Shown in pieces: positions 58,839-64,000 of a stretch of 64,000 bases of DNA; position 1 is the first letter of the stretch, and every line of letters begins with the position of its first letter. The notes beneath the pieces were generated by a model that saw only the letters and a list, made by a program, of their open reading frames with translations, was not told where the DNA came from and made no database searches. The stretch is from Candidatus Bathyarchaeota archaeon (GTDB taxonomy: Archaea; Thermoproteota; Bathyarchaeia; Bathyarchaeales; Bathycorpusculaceae): positions 896,001 to 960,000 of the forward strand of contig CAWHXY010000004.1 in assembly GCA_963833575.1 (NCBI GenBank), in the 5' to 3' direction. Both the position numbers and the translations under genes were made by a program.

Positions 58839-60348
58839 TCTTCAAAAGTTTGTCAATATCTGGAATACGTTTTTCCCCAGCCAATGTTGCCGAGAACTGA
58901 GCAATTTTTGGAAGATACTTGCTGAAAATTCCCAAACGCTTCTTTTCCATATGCACGTGTTCTTGACGTGACAGAAAATGCTGAAGTTGACGCGCTACCT
59001 CACGCAATGCGTTTGCTTCTTCACGGCGTACTTCGGGGCGATCAGCAATGAATTCTTTTCCAACCGTTTTGTAAGGCACTTTTGTGCTGCAAATGTGAAC
59101 CACGATAGCGATTGGCATGTCAGGTGCTACTTTGTAACGCCTCCAATTCATAGCTGAGATCACTCGATAAGAAACATCGCTTGCTTCATCATACAACAAG
59201 GGGATTTTGTTAGCAAACCTGTAAATTACAAAAGTGCCTCGTTTAGGCACTCCTCCTCCATAGGCGATTGCCATTTCAATAGTGAAAGGATGACCCGCAT
59301 ATGTTGATGGTTTGCGTTGATGAACAACAAGGTACTCAGGATTCAACTCTTTCATAACACCTGCCCTGAGCAAGTCCTCGCCTAAAGGTGAGAGGCAACT
59401 TGCGTCTGGCGGCAAGAAATCCTTGTATTTCTTTAAATTCTGCATCAAACGCACAATTTCTTCATGGGAGAGCTTCTTTGGATTCTTGCTGGGGCTTAGC
59501 TGACTGAACTCCAAGAATTTTTGTGCAGTGATTTCGCCAACTCGATGAAAATGACCCTTAAGAAAATCCGACATATTATTGTAAGTTGTAATTTGAATGA
59601 GCCGTTGGAGAAGTTCTACGTCTACGCCGTATGGATGGGGAGATATTTCTGTTGGCGGCTCAGGCATTTCTGTTGTAGCACGAGTAAACTTATAGAGCCT
59701 GCCTTTGGGGTCAACAAACGTCAAATTCGCATACGGATTGACCATTGCGGTTTGCTTAAAATACTCTAAAATCTTGGGCATTGCTCTAAGGTAGTCGCCT
59801 TCAAGAGTAAACTCAACGATGGTTCCTCGCCAATTTTCCTTATTGATCAAGACTTTGCGATCAAGAATTATTGGCCGATTCCTTTGGATGTCAATCATTA
59901 ATTTAAAACTATAAATTTTTTCTTGTCCCGTAGACGAGGTAACGTATACTGGCTGGTGAGTGGTGACTTGCCCGTAGAGGACAGCCATTTTTCCTCCTAA
60001 ACCGAAGGTTCCTCTCGTTTGTTTGAGCTTGTATTTGCTGCCATAAAGAACTTGACCGAAAGCAGATGGAATAAATCTCGGTTGAATCCCGCTTCCATTA
60101 TCTTCTACACGAAGTTTGTAGATTTGGGTTTCTTTTGTCGCTTCTCCTTCATAAGATAACCGAACGTAAATTTCTGGCGGAATCCTTTGACTCTCCGCTG
60201 CATCTAACGAGTTTTCAACGATTTCTCGTATTGCAACAAAGATAGCGCGTGAAGGATTTGTTAAGCCTGCAATGTCTCGGTTTCGATAGAAAAAGTCTGA
60301 TGCGCTAATTTCTTCAAAGGTTGCTTGAGCCACTTGTTGCCTACCCAC
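58807..60348 (-). CDS. top6B: DNA topoisomerase VI subunit B
   Basis: EIVENSLDA, VEDNGSG, GSKY, RGTFGLG, RFANKIPLLY. Confidence 0.96.
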   Translation of the reverse strand: MGRQQVAQATFEEISASDFFYRNRDIAGLTNPSRAIFVAIREIVENSLDAAESQRIPPEIYVRLSYEGEATKETQIYKLRVEDNGSGIQPRFIPSAFGQVLYGSKYKLKQTRGTFGLGGKMAVLYGQVTTHQPVYVTSSTGQEKIYSFKLMIDIQRNRPIILDRKVLINKENWRGTIVEFTLEGDYLRAMPKILEYFKQTAMVNPYANLTFVDPKGRLYKFTRATTEMPEPPTEISPHPYGVDVELLQRLIQITTYNNMSDFLKGHFHRVGEITAQKFLEFSQLSPSKNPKKLSHEEIVRLMQNLKKYKDFLPPDASCLSPLGEDLLRAGVMKELNPEYLVVHQRKPSTYAGHPFTIEMAIAYGGGVPKRGTFVIYRFANKIPLLYDEASDVSYRVISAMNWRRYKVAPDMPIAIVVHICSTKVPYKTVGKEFIADRPEVRREEANALREVARQLQHFLSRQEHVHMEKKRLGIFSKYLPKIAQFSATLAGEKRIPDIDKLLKSVQKYGAEES

Positions 60349-60521
60349 TTATTTCGATTTTATTTTTCAGTTTGCTTAGTATATTTGTTGCTTGTTCTTT
60401 AAGTTAACTGCACTTCATACTGAAAACCGTTATTATCGAAAGTGCGGAATTGCTTGGGAAATGGTAACTTTTGCCACAAATGTGTATAATTATTAAGGTT
60501 AAGCAGTAAAATATACATGCA

Positions 60522-62342
60522 TTATTTTTTGGCTGCTTGTTTTTTTTCGTCTTTCTCTGTTTTATTGGTTTTAGTATAGTAGTATTCGCCGATTCCTTTC
60601 TGGAACATATCCATTTGTGATGCTTCTTTGTTTACTCTGGGTCGCATAGTCGCTGGGTCTCTGCGGAAGGTAATGTTCATTTCTTTGAGGAAGATGTTCA
60701 TGCCTTTTCTTAAACTCGTTGGCGGATTAGCTACGCCACTTACACCTGGTTCACCATTGAAAACCATTAATCGGTCAGCAATGAAATCTTGAGTTACCAC
60801 ATCATGTTCAACTACGAACGCTGGAATGCCATGTGCTTCAACTACTCGCCGGAGTGTTTTAGCCATGTTGAGACGTTCTTCAACATCCAAGTACGCGCTT
60901 GGCTCGTCAAGAAGCAACAGATCAGTTTTTCGACTAAGGCAGGCGGCTATGGCAACTTTTTGCAGTTCTCCGCCGCTTAGCTCCATCACATTTCTATCCA
61001 TTAGAACCTGAAGTCGCAAAGGTTGAGCAATCTCGGTTTTGTACCAACTAGACGTAAAGTTTTCTTTAGCTACACTCATTAGAAGTTCTGCTACTGTGCC
61101 AGCGTAGTCTGGTGCAATGTACTGGGGTTTATAGCTGACAGTTAACTCACCGAGTTTTTGTTTATCATCAGTCTCTTCAATTCCTGCAAGAATTTTTACA
61201 AATGTCGTTTTTCCGATGCCGTTAGGTCCAAGAATACCGATGATTTCGCCACGTAAAATCTCACCTGGCTCTACGGATAATTCGAATCCTTTGAACGTTT
61301 TCTTCATTTTACCCCATTTGAGTAGTGCATCGCCTAGGTTGGTGCCTGCAGTAGGTGGTTTCTCATGAAAAACGATGGATTCTTTACGGAACATGATGTT
61401 CTCGTCTGGAATGTAGCCTTGCAGGTAAATGTTAATGCCTGTTCTGACACCATGTACATGTGATACGACACCGTACACGCCTGGTTCCCCATAGAAGAGG
61501 CAGATTTGATCTGACAAATAATCAATGATGGCTAAGTCATGTTCCGCAACAATTATGGTTTTTTGCTGTTCTTTGAGACCGCGAATTGTTTTTGCAACCA
61601 CAAGCCTCTGTTTCACATCCAAATAGCTTGACGGTTCATCAAAAAGGTAAACATCCGCATCACGACTAAGCGCCGCCGCAACCGCTACACGCTGAAGTTC
61701 TCCACCACTCAAAACATCTAAAGGTCTATCCCAAATCTTTTTCAGTTCAAACTCTTCAGCAAGAGCATCAAGCTGTTTTCTTTCATCAACCTTTTCAAGT
61801 AAATCACCGACTTTCCCAGTGATCGCTTTCGGAATTTTATCAACGTACTGGGGCTTGCTGCTGACCTTGAGTTTCTTCTCACTCATCTTTTGGAAGTAAT
61901 CTTGAAGGCTAGAACCACGATAATACTGAATTATCGCTGGCCAATCTGGCGGGTCATCATATTTGCCAAGGTTTGGTTTTATTTCGCCTGAAAACACCTT
62001 AAGCGTGGTTGTTTTGCCAATACCGTTTTGGCCAAGCAAACCCAAAACTGTGCCGGGAGAGGGCATAGGTAAACGGAAAAGTTTGAAGCTGTTTGCACTG
62101 AAACGGTGGCTACAATCCTTTTCTAATTCGTCTGGAAGGTTAACGATGCTAATCGCCTTGAAGGGGCACTTTTTCACACAGATGCCACAGCCACTGCACA
62201 GCGTTTCAGCAATGACTGCTTTGTTTCCTTCTACTTTGATGGCTTCGACTCGGCTTCTTACCATAGGGCAGAAGCTAACACAAAGTGAATTGCACTTTTT
62301 GACTTTGCATTTATCTTCGTTAAGTACAGCGATTCGAGTCAT
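60522..62342 (-). CDS. rli: ABCE1/Rli1 ribosome recycling ATPase
   Basis: N-terminal 2x[4Fe-4S] domain, two NBDs (GxNGIGKTT, LSGGELQ, DEPS). Confidence 0.96.
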   Translation of the reverse strand: MTRIAVLNEDKCKVKKCNSLCVSFCPMVRSRVEAIKVEGNKAVIAETLCSGCGICVKKCPFKAISIVNLPDELEKDCSHRFSANSFKLFRLPMPSPGTVLGLLGQNGIGKTTTLKVFSGEIKPNLGKYDDPPDWPAIIQYYRGSSLQDYFQKMSEKKLKVSSKPQYVDKIPKAITGKVGDLLEKVDERKQLDALAEEFELKKIWDRPLDVLSGGELQRVAVAAALSRDADVYLFDEPSSYLDVKQRLVVAKTIRGLKEQQKTIIVAEHDLAIIDYLSDQICLFYGEPGVYGVVSHVHGVRTGINIYLQGYIPDENIMFRKESIVFHEKPPTAGTNLGDALLKWGKMKKTFKGFELSVEPGEILRGEIIGILGPNGIGKTTFVKILAGIEETDDKQKLGELTVSYKPQYIAPDYAGTVAELLMSVAKENFTSSWYKTEIAQPLRLQVLMDRNVMELSGGELQKVAIAACLSRKTDLLLLDEPSAYLDVEERLNMAKTLRRVVEAHGIPAFVVEHDVVTQDFIADRLMVFNGEPGVSGVANPPTSLRKGMNIFLKEMNITFRRDPATMRPRVNKEASQMDMFQKGIGEYYYTKTNKTEKDEKKQAAKK

Positions 62343-62528
62343 GGTTAAACGTCCTAAAGATGCTAACAAGTGAGTTATAAATGTAAACCAGAAATTGAAA
62401 ATGAATTTTCGTTTTATTACTATTTTCGCGCCGGTGTTACATCAAATATCTTTAATTGTGCAAATTTAGCTTTCAGGTGAAGTGATGCCTTTCGTAGGTT
62501 TTTGTGTTACTGGTTTTCAACATAGGTC

Positions 62529-62643
62529 AACATGGTTTCATGTATCTGGGGGCCTCTGGGCTTGTTTGGGAAACCTGAGAAATCACATTTTTTGCTCTAA
62601 ATAGGGTATATAAATGCTAACATAGTTCCATGAACCGGGGGGC
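62529..62643 (+). repeat. Pair of 25-bp direct repeats ending in G-strings, 90 bp apart
   Basis: AACATGGTTTCATGTATCTGGGGGC (62529) versus AACATAGTTCCATGAACCGGGGGGC (62619), 20/25 identical. Confidence 0.6.
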
Positions 62644-62792
62644 ACATGAAAAATAAACTGATTATCCACTTGTCAACAATAAATTTTTAGCAAAATATTT
62701 CTTTTCATCGGTTTTTAAAAAATTAAGCCTCAACCGCTCAGGTAGATTTCTATCTTAAAAGAAAAATTAAAAAAACTCTTTTAGGATTTAGT

Positions 62793-62861
62793 TTACCATT
62801 CTTCTTCTTCCCACTCTTCGTCTTCGCCTTCTTCCCATTCATCTTCTTCTTCGAATATCAT
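62793..62861 (-). CDS. 22-aa acidic Trp-containing microprotein
   Basis: MIFEEEDEWEEGEDEEWEEEEW*, GAGGTGA SD and upstream TTTAAA box. Confidence 0.65.
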   Translation of the reverse strand: MIFEEEDEWEEGEDEEWEEEEW

Positions 62862-63102
62862 GTCTCTTTTTCACCTCGCATTAAAACGCTTTATGCAACG
62901 TATCGCTACGGCAGTTTAAAACATTTAGATTCGTCAACTGTCGTTAATAATGAAGAAAATTCTTGCAAAAAACATGTGACACGCACCGATTTTTCTACTT
63001 ATTTTTTCAAGTCTTCATTCGATCATTAAGGTTTTCGCTGTAAGATAGTTTTTTATGTAAACCCGAACAATAGTGCCATCCAACAAAAGATGGGAGTAAA
63101 AA

Positions 63103-63669
63103 ATGAGAAAAATATTCAAAATAATTCTAGTAGTATTAGCTGTAATAATAATTGTAATCGTTGCTTTTGCTGCTATAATATTTTTAGATTTAGCTGCCTA
63201 TACGGCAACAGGATCACAAACTCTTAACCCAACCGGAACCTCAGTTGGAAAAGCTCTAGTTGTCTACGATCCTGGATTGTCAGGAACCGCAAAAGGCGTT
63301 GCGGACAAAGTCGCCAGCGACCTACAAGCCCAAAGCTATACTGTTACGTTGGCTGGCATAAAAAGTTCAGCCGCAGCTAAAACTTCAGGTTACATCATCC
63401 TTGTCGTTGGAGGACCAATCTATGCAGGCTCACCCACCGCCTCAGTCAAAGACTGCTTAAACAACTTGAAGCCTGATTCTGGAACAAAGATTGGTGTATT
63501 TGGAAGCGGTCAAGGAGCGACCTCTCAAAGTGACATAGACACGATAAAAAGCTCAGTACCAGCACTCTCAAGCACGGGTTCTTTATCAAATGCTATAATT
63601 GTTAAAATCGGCGAAAAAGAAGACCTCAACACTCGAGCAGTAGACTTCGTGAACCAGCTAGTAAAGTAG
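63103..63669 (+). CDS. Membrane-anchored flavodoxin-like protein
   Basis: N-terminal TM, ALVVYDPGLSGTAKGVA, VVGGPIYAG. Confidence 0.8.
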   Translation: MRKIFKIILVVLAVIIIVIVAFAAIIFLDLAAYTATGSQTLNPTGTSVGKALVVYDPGLSGTAKGVADKVASDLQAQSYTVTLAGIKSSAAAKTSGYIILVVGGPIYAGSPTASVKDCLNNLKPDSGTKIGVFGSGQGATSQSDIDTIKSSVPALSSTGSLSNAIIVKIGEKEDLNTRAVDFVNQLVK

Positions 63670-63783
63670 AGAGTAAAAAAACAACCCAACATACTTTTTT
63701 TGTGAAAAAATCTGAATACTAAACACTAAAGTTCTACGAAAAGTCATCACAATAGATAAATTTCCCAAAAACGTTTTCTCATC

Positions 63784-63850
63784 TTGGGATGATGTGAGGC
63801 GACGGCTTCGAGCCTAAGCTGTGAGAAATCGTCAAATAACGCTGACCCAA
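63784..63850 (+). ncRNA. Candidate box C/D guide sRNA
   Basis: TTGGG/CCCAA terminal stem, C-like ATGATGT, internal CTAA...GTGAGAA, terminal D box CTGA. Confidence 0.5.
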
Positions 63851-64000
63851 ATACAAGAAATTGATTTTTTGCGCAATTTCGAGGTAAACGCAAAATAACC
63901 TGCATGCATTTTTCTTTCTGAGAGAACTATCTATGATTAATGACTTTAACCTTGTAGCAACAACTTCGCGGGGAAACGAGCGTCCTATGTGCAACGAACT

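Overview
Archaeal chromosomal window, most consistent with Bathyarchaeia (inferred from gene content: archaeal ACDS/CODH cluster, Ftr, topoisomerase VI, ABCE1, several PQQ-like beta-propeller surface proteins). Layout: 1-16 kb metal, redox and ion homeostasis (H+-ATPase end, CLC, CopA, YHS, NifX, OsmC, thioredoxin, ArsC/ArsR); 16.4-25.2 kb cooC-cooC-cdhABCDE; 25-37 kb accessory region with several gene fragments; 37.5-48 kb purine cluster; tRNA-Gly(CCC); TrmB plus two large surface propeller paralogues; top6AB; ABCE1. Two candidate new systems stand out. First, a HAD/Ftr-like/PfkB trio sits in the purine operon exactly where the missing GAR formyltransferase (PurN/PurT) step would be. Second, a three-copy covarying RNA-like element with bulge-helix-bulge-like geometry lies beside the propeller genes, and one copy's loop is antisense to a paralogue's translation start. 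All calls come from reading the sequence by eye; no database searches were run.
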